A stretch of 64,000 nt of DNA from Girardia tigrina (GCA_001938485.1 MQRK01204567.1:13668-77667); one strand, 5' to 3'. Positions 24,953 to 39,984 are shown, counted from the stretch's first letter. A program made the numbers and translations. Notes: generated by a model from the sequence alone, not told the origin.

Positions 24953-26666
24953 TATTATACATACATATGCCATGAAGCGACAAAATGAAAAAGTGACTGA
25001 CATTCCATAAAGGATCATGTCTTGATTTGAATTGATTACAGTGAGAAATTTATGAATAAATAACGATAACAATAATATAATAATAATTTAAATATAAATT
25101 CCGAACAGATATTGTTTTAGTTTTTCTCTTGATTTATATGCATATTGATTTTCTTATTTTTAAAATGTAGATCTTACTAAGCCTATCACTTTCCAGGTTC
25201 CTTTCTTATTTGGATATGGAATGGTTCCGGAAAGTAGTTGTGCTTTCATATTTTTAGAATCTGTTACATAAAAAATGTTGCCTGAGTTATATATACAGAT
25301 ACTATAATATTTCCATTTACTGTTTGGCAGGAGTTGTAACAGACAGATATTAAATTTGTTTTTACCTTTATGTTTTGGTTTTACCACTTTTGGTTTCTTC
25401 TTTTTCTTTTCCTTTTTCGTTGTATATAAACAATCTTGATAATTTTTTTTTCTTTTTCAGGTCTTAAGAGGACAAAATTAATAGTCAAATTAATGGAAAA
25501 AATCAATTTAGTCCGAATTAATTGCTATTGGGCAAAAAACCTTTAGTAGATATTCATTTAGTGTTTTTTGTATTTATTTTACTTTTATAATTCTTTGTTA
25601 TTTATTGTTATTATCCTAATGTTGATTTGCTTTATGTTTTTGTGTGAGGTCTACTGTTCCTTGACTTCCTGCTTTTTGAAAAGTTTTGCATAAAAGTAGA
25701 GTACTCTAGATGTATGATACAAAATTTGAATGAATAAACATTTATGTAATTTTTTTCATTTAGAAAAATTAATTTTATCTGTTTGTATTTTTCTTTTTTT
25801 GAAGTAGTTGGAGGTTGAAGATTTATAAATGAAGATCACTCTTCAGTTTATAGGCAACGCAAGTACTAATTTTGCCTGCGGAGACTATTGACTATCCGAT
25901 AGTCGAGAAAGACATTCGGAAATAAAGATTTTCAATCAAAAGAATGGTCTTCAATAGAAAGGAGTTTTAGCCGCCGATCTAATAACAGCCAACGATAGAT
26001 GCTCATATTGCTTGCTGAATCAGTTGACACTCTGGTAGTTAAAAAATAGCTAACGCTCTAAAACATTGATGACAGTATCTTCAGAAAATACTTAAGTATT
26101 CTAGGAAGATATACAAAGCCTGCGAACAGATGAGAAATAACAGCAGGTGCTCATGGTGCCTACCGACACCGTATACAATTAGGCAGGGAAGCAGAAATGA
26201 AACTTTATTTAAACATCTTCAATTTCGTGGGAAAGATAAATTTGATAGTCCAACCACCATCAGTTTCTTTCCATTTTTCGTTATTGTTTTATTTTATGGA
26301 TTCATAAATCATTATGCACGCTTTGAGTTTATTCATACTTTTTAAACTGACATTTCGGAATAAAATAAAAGAGAATATTATGTATTCTAAAAGAAATAAC
26401 GTGTTTGAAATCAATATAGGCATGATCAGTGATCACATTTACAACAAAGATTATCAAAACATTATATGTTTACATTGTGATTAATTAAATCCCCCATTTT
26501 CAGATTTATAGAATATCAGTTATAAGGAACTGGAAAGATATTTGGTTTCATTCACTGGAATTATTGAAAGTACAAATAAACTTAACATGGTATGATATGA
26601 ATCAAGAAAAGGTTCATAATTGGTGTTCATGTCAAAATGTTGATGATAAACAAAAAAGGAATGTTA

Positions 26667-26667
<1 letters not shown>

Positions 26668-26699
<32 letters not shown>

Positions 26700-26912
26700 N
26701 NNNNNNNNNNNNNNNNNNNNNNNNNNNNNNNNNNNNNNNNNNNNNNNNNNNNNNNNNNNNNNNNNNNNNNNNNNNNNNNNNNNNNNNNNNNNNNNNNNNN
26801 NNNNNNNNNNNNNNNNNNNNNNNNNNNNNNNNNNNNNNNNNNNNNNNNNNNNNNNNNNNNNNNNNNNNNNNNNNNNNNNNNNNNNNNNNNNNNNNTATAT
26901 ATATATATATAT
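26668..26912. repeat. (TA)n microsatellite spanning an assembly gap
   Basis: TA runs on both sides of the N block. Confidence 0.85.
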
Positions 26913-27169
26913 TATGATTATGGTATATTTATGTCTTTTATTTATACATTATTAAGGAAAGTTTAAAAATATATAAAGCTTATTTTTTTAGTAATTGAAA
27001 ATTGGATTATTTTAACATTTCCTGTAACCGGTAAATTTAGAAATAAAAATAATATATCTATTCGTGTTTTATTTTTTAAAATTTATTTATATATACTAAT
27101 CAGATCTTTCTTAATTAAATTGTTCATATTATGATATTTTTTGATTAATTAATTATTAAGTCATTATGA

Positions 27170-28260
27170 AATGCATAGATTTGATTAAAAAATGGATTTA
27201 TTATACGTAATTTCTTATAAGAGACACTATAATTATTCAAAATGTGCTCCTGGAGCCTTGACGCACATTTGTCCTTTTATTCGTAGCTGATTTATGCCTA
27301 TAGAGAAGAAGCCTGGTAAACTCGAGCAAACGAAATCGTCAAAGGTATTTTATACAGCCAATTTGGAATCGAATTTCTTCATTCTAAGAAATTTGGTTAA
27401 TTTCTAGCGGAAAAAGAAATCAGTTAGAACAATTTTCAGCAAAATGGTTTCTAAAACCAGCTGCAAAATGTTTAATTGAGTCAAATTCGTGACCAAGTTT
27501 TAACGACCATTATTATGCAGTGAAATTAGTCGATCATTATTCCCTAATCTTCATTGCTTTCTTCAGATTTCTTCACTATTTTATCCAACTCGTTACAGAA
27601 GAAAGAAACAAATTCTCTAGGTTTCATGTAGCTGTATTGGATGATACTATGGCTGGTCAATCTAACTGGCATCATAAGCTTATTTAGAGGAATATTTGGT
27701 TTTGGTTAGTGCTTTTGCAGTTCTTTTTTATCCAACTATTGTGCCGACAGCATGAAATAGTTGCAAGAGATCCATATTTAATCATACGTGACGATACCAT
27801 GAAGAACGGTTCTCGTTTGTTACGTGAAAGTAAAGAAATGCATGCATCAAATGGATTTTCGATTTCTTTCTCATGTAAGTTATGTGAAACCTATCTATCT
27901 TCTTTCAGCTTTTTTAACTTTGTTGACTTGAAGCAAATGATTTAATATTGTTGGTATAGAAACATCAAATGTGATATATACTTATCATAAAGGCCTTCAA
28001 TTCATTATTATTCACTTTGGTTTAAGGTCTTCCATGAGGTTCATTTTCGATCCCAAAATCTCCGGAACAAAATTTCGTAAACCGACGACTAACTATGCTT
28101 AAGGGTTATTTTCACAAAACATATATATCAAGTTACGATATATTTGTGCTCTATTGGTTCCTCTGCGGAATTCATATTCCAAAATCACACTAATTTTTAA
28201 TCTATCCATAATTCTAAAAATATTGATTTAAAAAATGGAATTTTAGAGACAATTGCATAC
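27170..28260 (-). mobile_element. Highly degenerate mariner
   Basis: Decayed transposase (EPFFMVSSRM, RIVT-like region, FFSIGINQLRIKGQMCVKAPGAHF C-terminus). Confidence 0.6.
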
Positions 28261-29229
28261 ATCATGCGCGTTTAAAAGAGTAATGATAATCCCTCAGAAT
28301 AAACAAAATTCACAATCTCTCATTAGAAATTAGAACGTGAGAAATATTTAATCTTAAATTTAGTACTTAATAGATACATTCATTTCATACTTCATGAATG
28401 AAAGATTTTGAAATATTGTTCACAATCCCATTACCTTAGCTTCCTAAAAACCGTAAACAAATTTTACTTGTAAAAGATAAATCCAATAACAATCTATTTT
28501 TACAATTCCTTTAGTTATTGAATAACAATAACTGTGTAGAAAAACTTTTCTCTGTTTTTGTATTTGTTAGATGCATCAAAATAAAAGATACATCATTAAA
28601 ATAAAATATATAGAACCGATTTTTCAAATGTCATGCTAATCCAATTTTTAATGTTTGAAACACATATACAATTAACGATATTTCATCAAATATTAAAATT
28701 TTAAGGTCTGGAGGAATTGTCTACTCTGGTAAATTGCAACCCGGACCTGTGGACTTCCGATGAAAACGAAAGCGGGAAAATATCTGAATTTGCCGCTAAA
28801 TGGAGTGTCCCACTGGATTAAAGAATATATCGTTGGCATCGCCTCCTCCATGTAAGTCAAATGATATTCGGATAGACAATCGTTAGGTAACTGGTAATTC
28901 AAATTTTGAATTCACATTGCTGTTGTAGGTCATTAAATATTAGGTGATTCTTGAAGTTTTCTTCGTAAGTTTTGTGGTCCATATCTTCAAAAGGGTCGTG
29001 CAACACTGTTTCACGAGAAGTTAATTGCAACGAAATTCTTGTTCATTCAGGATTTAACAAAAAATCATTTACCGGAATCGTTATATTTGTAGGATTAGAA
29101 TTAATATTATATTAAATTAAATTCATGTAACTTTATCTAATTTAATTTAAATGATCATAGATTTGTTGTTTAATAATTTTTATGGATATTTGATCTTCAT
29201 TTTTTTCTTTGGCTAATCTTCTTAAGAAT

Positions 29230-30362
29230 TTCCTTTGAAAGGGACGTTGCGAAAATGATTTTGAATTGATATGGAACGGTGTTCATGAATTTCTACCGGC
29301 TTGGAGAAGTGCTAAAGTGGCGAACTTATGGAAAAAGTACAAGATCCGACCCGAACAACTATAGGGGTATCTTTCTCTTAGAAGTTACTGGTAAGGTTTT
29401 TGCGCGAATCATCGTAAATAGAATCATATCAGTGATGGAAGAAAGATTAAATCCCTGGCAATTTGGTTTTAGGTCGAAAATAGGCATGTTGCAGGCCATT
29501 AGTATACTCAGGCGTATACAGCAAGAAGGTCAATACAAGAACCAGAAGGTATATGTGATCTTCATTGATTTGGAAAAGGCATTTGACAGTGTCCCGCGTG
29601 AGGTTCTGTGGGCTCGTCTGAAAAGACTAGGATTAACCAAAAAGATTCTCTGTCTTATCAAAGAATTTCATGAGAATTTTATTGCGACTGTAGGACACAG
29701 TAATTTTCCCATGAAAAGAGGTGATAGGCATGGGTGTATGATGTGACCTAGTTTATTCAATTTGGTCTTCGATGAAGTGATGAAAACGCCTGTACTGAAA
29801 GGATTCGGTGGAGATGTCACCCTGATCGATGAGCAAGGCAATGAATTTCAACTGAACAGACTTGCATATGCAGATGACATCTGTATCATCGACTCTGATA
29901 TTGATCGAGCCTGTAAAAACCTGGGTATACTAAGGAGTATATTTCTGGAGTTTGGACTGACAATAAGTGCTACAAAGACAAAAGTCATGTGCCTTACTGA
30001 CGAATCAGGCTTCGGAATATTGCAAGTTAAATGTGGTAAGAATGTCATAGAATGGGTGAAAGAATTCTGTTTTCTCGGAAGTATATTGACTACTAGATGT
30101 AGTTGTAACCAGGATATTAGTCAACGAATACGAAATGGAATGCGAAAGCTTAAAGAATTGCAACCTGCAATTTAGAGTAACAGCGTCCCAATAGTATTGA
30201 AGAGAAAACTGATTGAGACTAGAATTTTCCCTGTGGTCTATTATGGTAGTGAGTGCTGGGCAACTCCTGAGGATGACGTTGTACAGTTACAAGCCTTCCA
30301 TAATTGCTGCACAAGGACAGCTCTCAAGAAGACCAAACTCGACAGGATCCCAAATAAGGATG
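29230..30362 (+). mobile_element. Non-LTR retrotransposon RT fragment (RTE-like LINE), pseudogenised
   Basis: NNYRGIFLL, QFGFR, FIDLEKAFDSV, LAYADD, FCFLGS motifs with in-frame stops. Confidence 0.92.
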
Positions 30363-31509
30363 TTTATTGTTCTGACGCCATTTTGGGAATAGAAATAATT
30401 GATCGATTGAATGTTAATTTTTTTAAAGGGTTTTTTTTTGTTTTATCGATTGAAATTTTGTTTTTGTGAGGTGGCGGGATTTCAAAAAAAATGTTTTTCG
30501 CCAAGCATTTTTTTGGTTTCTTGGTGATGAAAATTTTTGGGGAAAAATGTGTTATGGAAAAAAATAAAAGATTTGAGTTCTTTGAATTAATTTTTCAACC
30601 AAAACGTATTCAAATGATTATTTTAATGAAATTTTTGTCTCGCTTGTGTCGTAAATCGATCAGTTCGTTCTCAATCAGTACCTTTGAGCTTGCTTTAATG
30701 TGCGGTGTTTCTCATTATTCGGCCTCAAATGACAGAGACAGCAGATCGATCATATACATCGTTAAATATAAGCGTGCAATAGATTTCTTTTTGATTCCGT
30801 TACGGTTTGAAGAGGCTGACATCGCTTCACCAGTCTATTTTGTTGGAGAATCCTAACAGATTTTGAGCATACAGTCGATATTGAATCAAATCGGTTACAT
30901 TATTGTTTGGAACAATGCAAAAAATGAAATTCGAAAATTGCAAACATTTGTTCAAAAGAAAACTGAACAAATATTACAATCTAAAATATCTATTTGTCTG
31001 GTGTTAAATGATTCGATCAATTTATATTGTTCGGCAAGTGAACAGGGCATAGAAATCAGGGTTTACACAGTGCTGTAAACACATTTCTCTATGGCAAACT
31101 GAATGAACCTGTCATAGTTCCGTTTATCATCAGTCATGAATATATCCCGAAAGACTTTCATTTTAGATCCCGTTATATTTGGTCGTACAACAGTCTGAAA
31201 TTCCCATGAATGTTCACGTGGCAATTCTGGATGGTGCTATCTAGTAAATTAAATTTTTATTCCCCCCGACATGAAGACCCCCTACTCGTACCATGGTGCT
31301 GACGTCACGCTGCACACGCTGTCATCCATGCTCAAGAAACAATCTTGTTTCTCTTTCTCGGTCTATTTGTCGCTCTCTCTAAGAGACACTTCCCTCTTTA
31401 TATCAGTCAATCGGCAGATATCTCTTGCTTCTAAGCACACAGTGCCTCTGCCTCTCTTTTTATTCAACAATCTATAACAAATTATCTCTGAATCACTATT
31501 TTATCATTA

Positions 31510-32305
31510 TTAGGTTGTCCTAAAAGTTCCCGGTCAAGAATGAAAAATACAATTTTTTTGTGCAAGAATATATTTTAAATAAATAACAATTAATCTTCAA
31601 AAGTCCATCATTTTTGACTACTTTCTGCCAACGGTCTGCAAGCTTTTGGATCTGGTCAAAGTACCATTCCGGCTGCTTCGAATTGAAGAACTCTCGACAT
31701 GCTTGTTCAACTTCATCGAATGCTTCGATTCGCAGCCTTTCAAGAAGTGTTGCATGGATCGGAAGAAGCCATAGTCGGATGAAGCGCAATCAGGATTGTA
31801 AGCAGGATGCAGCAGGATTTCGACTCTATCAAACTCTCGGAACATTTCCGTGGTCTTCTTGGAGGTATCCAGCTTGGCATTGCCTTGCTGAAGCAGTGCA
31901 CGTTTTAAAGGCAGGTACTTCACGTTGTGTTTCTCGTAGACATGGTACAGCTGTTGACAATGGAGCTCCGCATTGATGGCCTAGCCGTTCTAAAGCAACT
32001 CAAAGTTCAACAAGACGAACAACATGATTTTCAAGCCAAATAGATCTTGTTTTGAAACTGACGGCTTTGCTGGACCGAGTGTTTGTGTACCTTTAACTTT
32101 GCAAATTACCTTGGAACAATATCGTGTTGTCAAGCCTTTCTTCCAATAGTGACGCACCAACACATGGATTTCAAGATTTGTAATCTCGTAGTCTATATAA
32201 TGCTATAAATAAATAATATATCAATATCAAATAAATACTGCCAAAAAGAAATTTGAAAAAAAATTATATTTTTATTATTGGCCGGGAACTTTTAGGACAA
32301 CCTAA
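31510..32305 (-). mobile_element. Internally deleted mariner (796 bp)
   Basis: TIRs TTAGGTTGTCCTAAAAGTTCCCGG(T/C)CAA; TA TSDs; LHPAYNPDCASSDY. Confidence 0.92.
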
Positions 32306-32344
32306 TATATAGTATATAGTATAGTATAATATATAGTATAGCAG

Positions 32345-32860
32345 TATTTCAGTTTATCAGCCAAATGATTGAATAAATTTGATAGTTTAGTCGAAGTAAA
32401 TTTTTTTTACAGAATTTGTCTGTTTTCTAGAAATTTTAAGATGTTTCTTGATCAAAAGCAGAAGTATTTTCCTGACTTGAATGATAAAAAATATTTGTTA
32501 ACATTTATGTTTCTGACTGACATAACATAAATTTAATAGATGACTTAAAAGCTACAATTACATTATCACACAGTAATTGATCTTTTCAACAATTGGAATG
32601 GATTTATAATAAAACTCGATATCTTTAGTCAGGATATCCATAAAGCATTCAATTACTTTTTAAATGGAAGAATCATTTAAATGTGAATTTAATATAGATT
32701 AGCTTCAGGAGTATATTGAAGTATTTAAAACAGAAATTGATTATTAAAGTAAAGACTAATATTCATGAACCCTTGTTTTCAAAGCTTTTTCAAACAGACA
32801 TGCATGATTTTACAAGTACCGAATCGCGACATTTTATTTATATGGATATTGAATATTTTT
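32345..32860 (+). mobile_element. Possible hAT transposase relic
   Basis: FMFLTDIT and DLFNNWNGFIIKLDIFSQDI resemble Buster/SPIN C-terminal segments. Confidence 0.4.
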
Positions 32861-33289
32861 AAATATAACAATGTTTTAGGTTTTTGTATATAGGAACACA
32901 AAACATTTTTGAACATAAGATATCTTTGGTTGAAGAACATGTGGAAAATTTGTTTTCTCTTCTCAACTGTTTGACATTTCGTCCGAGTTCTTTCATATGT
33001 TTGAAGAAAATTGTTGTTGCTCTGCTTTCAACTATTAACATCTTGGTCAGTGTAATTGATATCAGAAACTTATGCTACCGCTTCATACCAGAATGTTTCT
33101 TGGTTAATATTCTCACTATCGATGAAATACGGTTATTATATAATGTCCCAGAGTCTGAATGAGTATCCTGGCTGATTTTGCTAAACATGGTATTCAAATC
33201 TGCAGCTCCTATTGCTATGACCTTGTACAATAAACCAGAAAGCTTCAAAGAAAAAACAGAATGTGTGAGCTTTATTATTTACGTTACAA

Positions 33290-33670
33290 TGTTCATGTGC
33301 GCATAAGTTGAGTTTCATTGAAAACAATTGATGAATGTAGATTAAAACTTCTTCCGCATCTTCCGTACAGTACGGATTTAACCCCTTCGGACTTTTACTT
33401 GTTTAATCATGTTTAAAGAACTATGAAATGTGAGAAATTTACGTCAAAAGAAGAAGTGAAGATCAAATGACCCTTTTTTCCCTGAAAAGCCTTCTATCCT
33501 CTTCAAATTCGACTTTGAAGACCTAGTCACACACTTGAAAATTGTATTAACAAAAATAAAAATTAGTTTGAGAAATAAACTGTACAAGACTTCCTTGTAG
33601 TAAATATGAGTTATATTTACCTTTACTTTTTGCTTTCGATAAGAGTCTTACTACTAATTGGGTGCACCAT
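33290..33670 (+). mobile_element. Mariner 3' relic
   Basis: LLPHLPYSTDLTPSDFYLF. Confidence 0.75.
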
Positions 33671-34248
33671 ATATGTTGCCAATTTTAACCTATTGGCTAA
33701 GATCATCCAATGTCGGGACTCTCATTAATAATAAAAACTTTTAATACACATTTAATTTATTTTATTGTGGTTCCCATATTTATAAATATTACAATTTAAA
33801 ATTTAGTATAGAAAACATGCATGTACTGTTAGCACGTTGAATGACTTTTGTGAGTATTTTAAGTCTCGTTTAAATTTTTGAATAAAAGATAAAAAATATT
33901 TTAAATTAATATTTAATTATAAAAGTAAGAAATAGAAAGTTATTGTAAAATAAGTAAAGACGATAAAATCTGGTATAAAGTTTCAATATTAATAATTTTT
34001 AAAAATATATTAGATAAAATTTGAAATAATAAATTTATAATTAAAAAGAGTTTAAAAAACGTATTAGATTTAAACAAATAAAATTAATAAATAAAATAGA
34101 TTTGAAAGCGAATTAAATATAAGCTCCGGCAAATATTCTAAATATTTATTAAACTTTAAAATTAAATACAAAATAGAAAAAAAACTAAATATCATAATAA
34201 ATATTAATGAAGTTTAATAAAAGGTTTATTCAAAAGAAAATACATTGT

Positions 34249-34252
<4 letters not shown>

Positions 34253-34293
<41 letters not shown>
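34253..34293. repeat. (TA)n microsatellite
   Basis: Direct reading. Confidence 0.95.
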
Positions 34294-34300
<7 letters not shown>

Positions 34301-34789
34301 TAAAAGAAATAAATGTAAAATATTTTAAAATATTTTATGTTCATAATAGTTTAAAAAAATTAAAAAAATTAAATACAAAATAAAATTTCAAAAATAATAA
34401 AATTAAAATATTTTTATATTTACAATTATTTCGATATTATTTGTTTGTACAAGAAAAATAAAAAGTAGTTCCTCAGATTTACTTAAGCAAAACTTCTTTA
34501 AATAATGTTTTTTGTTGTTATTAAATAAAATTTTCAAAAATTTCATTATTTCAGAAATTTCATCGAAACAAAACCGCGAACCTAATAACTTTTAAATTAG
34601 ATTGGTTTTTAGTTAAGAAAAGGTTCTCAAAGCCTTCTTTATAGGGTGTTCAGAAAAAATTCTTTTTTAAACGATAACACGAATATTATATTCAACAATC
34701 AATAATTTAACAATAAACAAAAATCCAAAACTTCGAAGTAAAATTGCACCAGAAACTAAAGATGACAATAATATGAAACTTATTGTAAG

Positions 34790-35050
34790 CATTTATCGGT
34801 CGTGTTTGTCGAGGACGATCACCATCATCATCCATCCAAGCTCAGTTGTTCTGCTTTGTGAGCAGTGTATTTTCATATTTCCACTTCTCATCACTATGAC
34901 ATTCCAATGGATATCATGCAGATTTTTTCTGTCTCCATCACTTTTATAGCCTCTGCGAGATAATGTGGTACCCATCGGGTATATACACACACTCTTTTCC
35001 ACAGTTCTTCAGTTAAAATTGTATGACATAAGTACGACCAACTCAATGAA
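34790..35050 (-). mobile_element. Mariner relic
   Basis: VYTRWVPHYL (WVPHxL motif) in a frame not listed in the ORF track. Confidence 0.55.
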
Positions 35051-35149
35051 TTTTATTTAGCATTGTTAGACATGTACTTGGATAGTGTTGCACCAACACC
35101 AATACCAAATTTATGTTGTTAACGTTCTGTACGTCCAACCATCGACCAA

Positions 35150-35900
35150 AGCCGTCTTTACTTAAAAATTGCTTATGTCTTCAACTCTTGAACTCCTTCG
35201 TCAAGTTTTACACTTGTCTTCTCCTTCAGTCACGATAGTACAGATTAGCTCAGAGCTTGTCGATAAGTTGTGGAATTCAATCTTTAACAAGCCTGAATAC
35301 AGAAATACCTTTCCATTCGCTGCCAAAAAAACAAGTACATTATGCTAGCAAGATTCTTTGTTCTGCTAATCATTCATGCGTCACTGATGTTATCATTTCA
35401 AAAGCGAATGACACGATTATTGAAATAATTCCATGACGATTCAATTGTGAAAGTTTTTTCGTCATCAAAGACGTTAACAATTCTACTTGGACGGGATTTT
35501 ATGTCGTTCAAATGTGACTGACACCGTTCAAAGCGATTCTGCTTCATCATATTCGCTAACATACGTCTATTTATCGTCACAAGACTCTTGTCAATATATT
35601 TCTTGATTGCATGAATGATCTATGACTAATGAACACCAAACTTTGAAGGTTGAACTATAATTGATTACTTAAGAAGGGCATTGATGTATTTTCTCAGCTA
35701 GCATAGGTTTATTTTTGGTTTTCGACCACTTCTAGGCCTGTCGTAAAGACTCATGTTTACGGATTCGATCTATTATTGGCACAGAGAACCCCAGTTTCTC
35801 GGTATTTTCATCATCAAGGAGGCCCGCGCGAAGATATGTGGCTATCTCAGCGCGTTTTGCTGCCATCCTTAAATCTAGTGTCGAAGTACATTGACTATAT
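35150..35900 (-). mobile_element. Degenerate Tc1/maT-like transposase
   Basis: LYDRPRSGRKP and VFDDEKTFTIE...NNRVI. Confidence 0.6.
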
Positions 35901-36582
35901 TTTCAACACACACGGTATATATAATTTTCATAAAAAAAGCGAAAAAACGAAATTATTTTGAAACATTCAATATTTTTTATATATTTTGTAAAACTTGCCA
36001 GTTGTGACACATTAACTGTCAAATGGATTTGGATCCAAAACAAATAAAATTATTTATTTATTAACGTATTAGGTTCTCTGAAGTGCAAAAGGAGAATGTA
36101 TTATCGTAAGTAAGCAATAATAATAATTGGTAATAGCTTCAAAATAGCTCAACCGAAAGTGAATTAAAACAGCGAAATATATTTTGCAATAAATATTTGA
36201 TAAACAAACGGCATTTATCGTAATTATTTTTATGTTTGTTGTTAAGTATTATAGAAATTATTTAAGAGTTATTGTAAACTGTTCTCTATAAAGACTGAGA
36301 TTATTAGGAAATATTATTATGCTTAACAAAAATTATTTTCTAAATTAATTAAATAAACATTTCTAACTGTCGGATGTAATTATGTTTTGAATTAGTCCGA
36401 AAACTTTTCATCAATTGCAAAACTGTAAAAATATTCTCATATTTCGAATAAAAAATCATATAAAATCAGAAAAAAATATCAAAATAGATAAATATTTAAG
36501 ATTAATATTAGGTTGGTCAAAAGGTCATTACGTATTCCTGATTGTGCAAATATTGTAACAGAAAAAAACTGTCCATTATTTT

Positions 36583-36924
36583 TATTAAGAACACTTATAT
36601 GATTTCCAATACTTTTATTGATTTCACATCTCTAATGGCCATTAGGATAATGTCTAATTATTCAAACAAATTTAATTTAGAGTTCTACTAAAATAATTTA
36701 AAATTATATTCAAAAATATTTTTAATATATTTTAAACATATTATTAAATAAATCTTTAAGTTATAATATACTATTTAAAAATTTAAAATCATTTTTAAAT
36801 AGATTTAAAATATTTTAATATAAAAATATATTAATTTAATTTTAATGTTGCTATTTGTATTTGAAAATTATCCGAATAATTCGAAGATTCAAAACATTGA
36901 AAATACTCGAAAATATTCCTCACA
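36583..36924 (-). mobile_element. Solo LTR TG...TA with perfect TSD ATTTT
   Basis: TGTGAGGAATA ... AGTGTTCTTAATA; ATTTT on both flanks. Confidence 0.75.
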
Positions 36925-37031
36925 ATTTTTAATTACTTGCTTATAACTTTCCGGAAGCTTCCTTATTCTCGATAAAAAATTTTCCTGTCAGTGCCAGCAA
37001 AGAACGTAGTATAGGAACGATTTGATATCAT

Positions 37032-37418
37032 TATTAAGAAAACCAATAAGACTTAATATTTTTTATTAATATTACAAATTTGTTTTTCCTCAGGACAATC
37101 TTTGTCAAAGCTTTCGTAAGATTGCATCCGTCTAATTAATTATTGACTTTATTATTATCTGACCAAATGGAGATTAAATAAAGTTTTAAAATTCTTATTC
37201 CAAAAACTAATTATTTAAAAAAATATTAATTCAATTGTAAATAAAATTAATAAACTTATTTAAAATTTTACAATTATTTTAAATATTTTATTAAAAATTA
37301 CATATTTTTATAGAATCAGAATAAATATTAATCAGCCATCTGGGTAGGAGAGACACAATTGCAAATCAACACACAACATTCAAACACAAAACAATAAACT
37401 TTCAAATTATTCCTCACA
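37032..37418 (-). mobile_element. Solo LTR TG...TA with TSD A(T/C)CAT
   Basis: TGTGAGGAATA, U3 motif, end GGTTTTCTTAATA. Confidence 0.8.
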
Positions 37419-39984
37419 ACCATCACTGACGAATGCTTTTTTCTGTTTCAGGAATTCTACAGGGATCTAAATAAAGGAAAATCTGATTATGGCAAGTCTG
37501 AAAATTATGACGAGAGAGGGACCTCCCATCATTGAGATGAGTTTTTGTTTTGTCGTCAAACTTGTACGTAGTCTTCCGAATGAAACCAATGTCATAAAAG
37601 CGTTTGAAGTAGACTTTCGTTCTTATTGTTAGTAACCGAATACAGAAAGTAGTAAAATTACCTTTCTTTATTAATTGGCGTAATATATAGAAGATTGTTC
37701 ATCATCGGTGATAAAATGATGTCAAAATTGGACGAGTGACTTATCTTTGTTTCTTATATGTATTACGCCAATTAATACTTCTGAAATCCACGTATCAGCA
37801 TATAAGCCAAAATAAATAATTATTTATGAATTATCTTTATTTCTAGGTTCATAATATTGATTTATTTTCAAATTCAAATTATAATTTCCTTTTCGTTTTT
37901 AGCATCAATAATATCATGCTTTCTATTTTCTTATTTCACTTAAAATATATTTGAGTTAAATTATATTTCTTAAAACTTGTAAACATTTAAAATTGAAGTA
38001 TGATAATTATGATTTTAAATTAAATATCCAAATAAATATTTTAAATTGTACAATTATCAGAATTTTAATGGATAAATAAAAGATTATTTAAATAATAAAA
38101 TTGGCGAAAAAAGCGGAAGTTGTTTGAAATTATATATAGTTAATTATTATTATGAATTTAAATATTTATATAACTAATAATGTATTTAATAACGTTGATT
38201 ATCCATTTCCATTTTAATTTCTTAATAACGTACAGTAAAACAACTAAATTGTTACACCCCTATAAATGTAACACATCTCTATCTGTTATCTGTTACAGTT
38301 AAATATTGTACAAAGGCTTCAGTTAACTGTGTTCATTAACCCTCGAAATTTTACACCTACGCATGATTTGTATGTACTCATTGTATAATTTGAAAGTACA
38401 AACTGAGAAATTGTAAGCATAAATACACAAATATATTACATATGTATGTTATTGTACTATAATTTTATGTAACTTTTATCCTAGTTGATCTTCTGACGAG
38501 AAAATGGTATGTGTTACAGACATTTTTGGCCACAAACCAGAAACACTAGGAGAGGTTTCATTGTACTCTATTGATTATCGATTAATTAATTAAACCTTTT
38601 AAATTTCAAATTATTCATATATGATTAATAAACGTTTTTTTGATATTTTATATTTATATTTCATCAATAAAATAGAGTTCCAAATTACATTTGATTTTTC
38701 AAAAAAATTATATTTTTTGTATTATTTGTAACGTTATTAATAAAAACTTATGATATACATATCTGAGAGTTCACGTCTAAATTAAATTAATTATTGTTTC
38801 TAAATGAAATACTATATTAATTGTATTTTTTGCTTTAATAAAAAACAGTAAACTATGTTTTTTATCATATGATTCGGCTGAGTAAAAGGGTTGAAAATCA
38901 AAGGAATAAATTAGTAAGTTATCGTTATTCCTTTTATTAAATTATTCTTCGATAATTTGCTCTAATATTTGCGGCCTAAATACAGTAAAATTTGAAATTA
39001 AAATCTAATTAACAAACCGATTTTTAGAAAACTCTTACTACAATTAATCTTTTATTTATTTGAATAATTAATTAATAAGTCTTTTTATTATAACTTTTAC
39101 AAAAGAATCACATAAAAGCCATAAAATATTCAATCATTTCTATTAATGTTTCGGTTTATCAAATAGTTTTCTAAAATTTATATAATTAAAAAATATATAT
39201 TTTTGTATGAATTGGATAAATAACATTTTTTATATTATATTATTTTTTCAAAAAATAAAGTAATATATCTATTTATCTTTGTATATCTAAAATAATCACT
39301 GAAAAAAATTGTCTCGGAAAAAATAAAATAAAATAATATTTCTTTGTGTGTATTTAACAAAGATATTCTTTCAACTTCAAAAAATATAATTATTTCTTGT
39401 ACTTAATAAAAAAATAAGTCTGTCACTCAAAAAGCTTTTGAATTGTATATCGAGGGACTTTTGTATAATTGATTTTTTGATTATTTTCCTTTTTTTCTTT
39501 TTAAAAATGTATTTCTAGAAGAGAATTTATTATTGAAAATATGACATTAGAAATTCATTCTTTACAAGAAATTTATTTTTTTTTGAAAATTATTTTTTTT
39601 GTTATTTTAGAAGACTAATTGTTTAAAAATAAAAAAAACTTTATTTATAAATTATAATTAAGAATTTTAATTCAGAAAATGATATTTGATATTCTTTTTG
39701 TATTCAGAAAAATTCTTATTTTTTCTTCTCATTTATATAATTCTTATTATTATTAGTATTATATTAATAATTATTATTATATTAAAATAATAATAATAAT
39801 ATATTTACAATTATTAATAACAAACTTAATATTACTGTAAAATCCTGAGCATTAGATGCAGCACGTATTAGCTGCAGAGAACGATTTTATGAGTGTATTT
39901 TTTAGTCGTATAAGCTGCAGCAAGTGTTACCTGATGACACATGATTTTTAAATGAGCAACCTATCATTAAAAAACATATGTCAC

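Noticed and set aside
25160-25440. Lys-rich minus-strand ORF
   Set aside because: Low complexity, no clear start or homology.
28693-29100. Short minus-strand ORF (…WDTPFSGKFRYFPAF)
   Set aside because: No recognisable motif or splice signals; cannot be supported.
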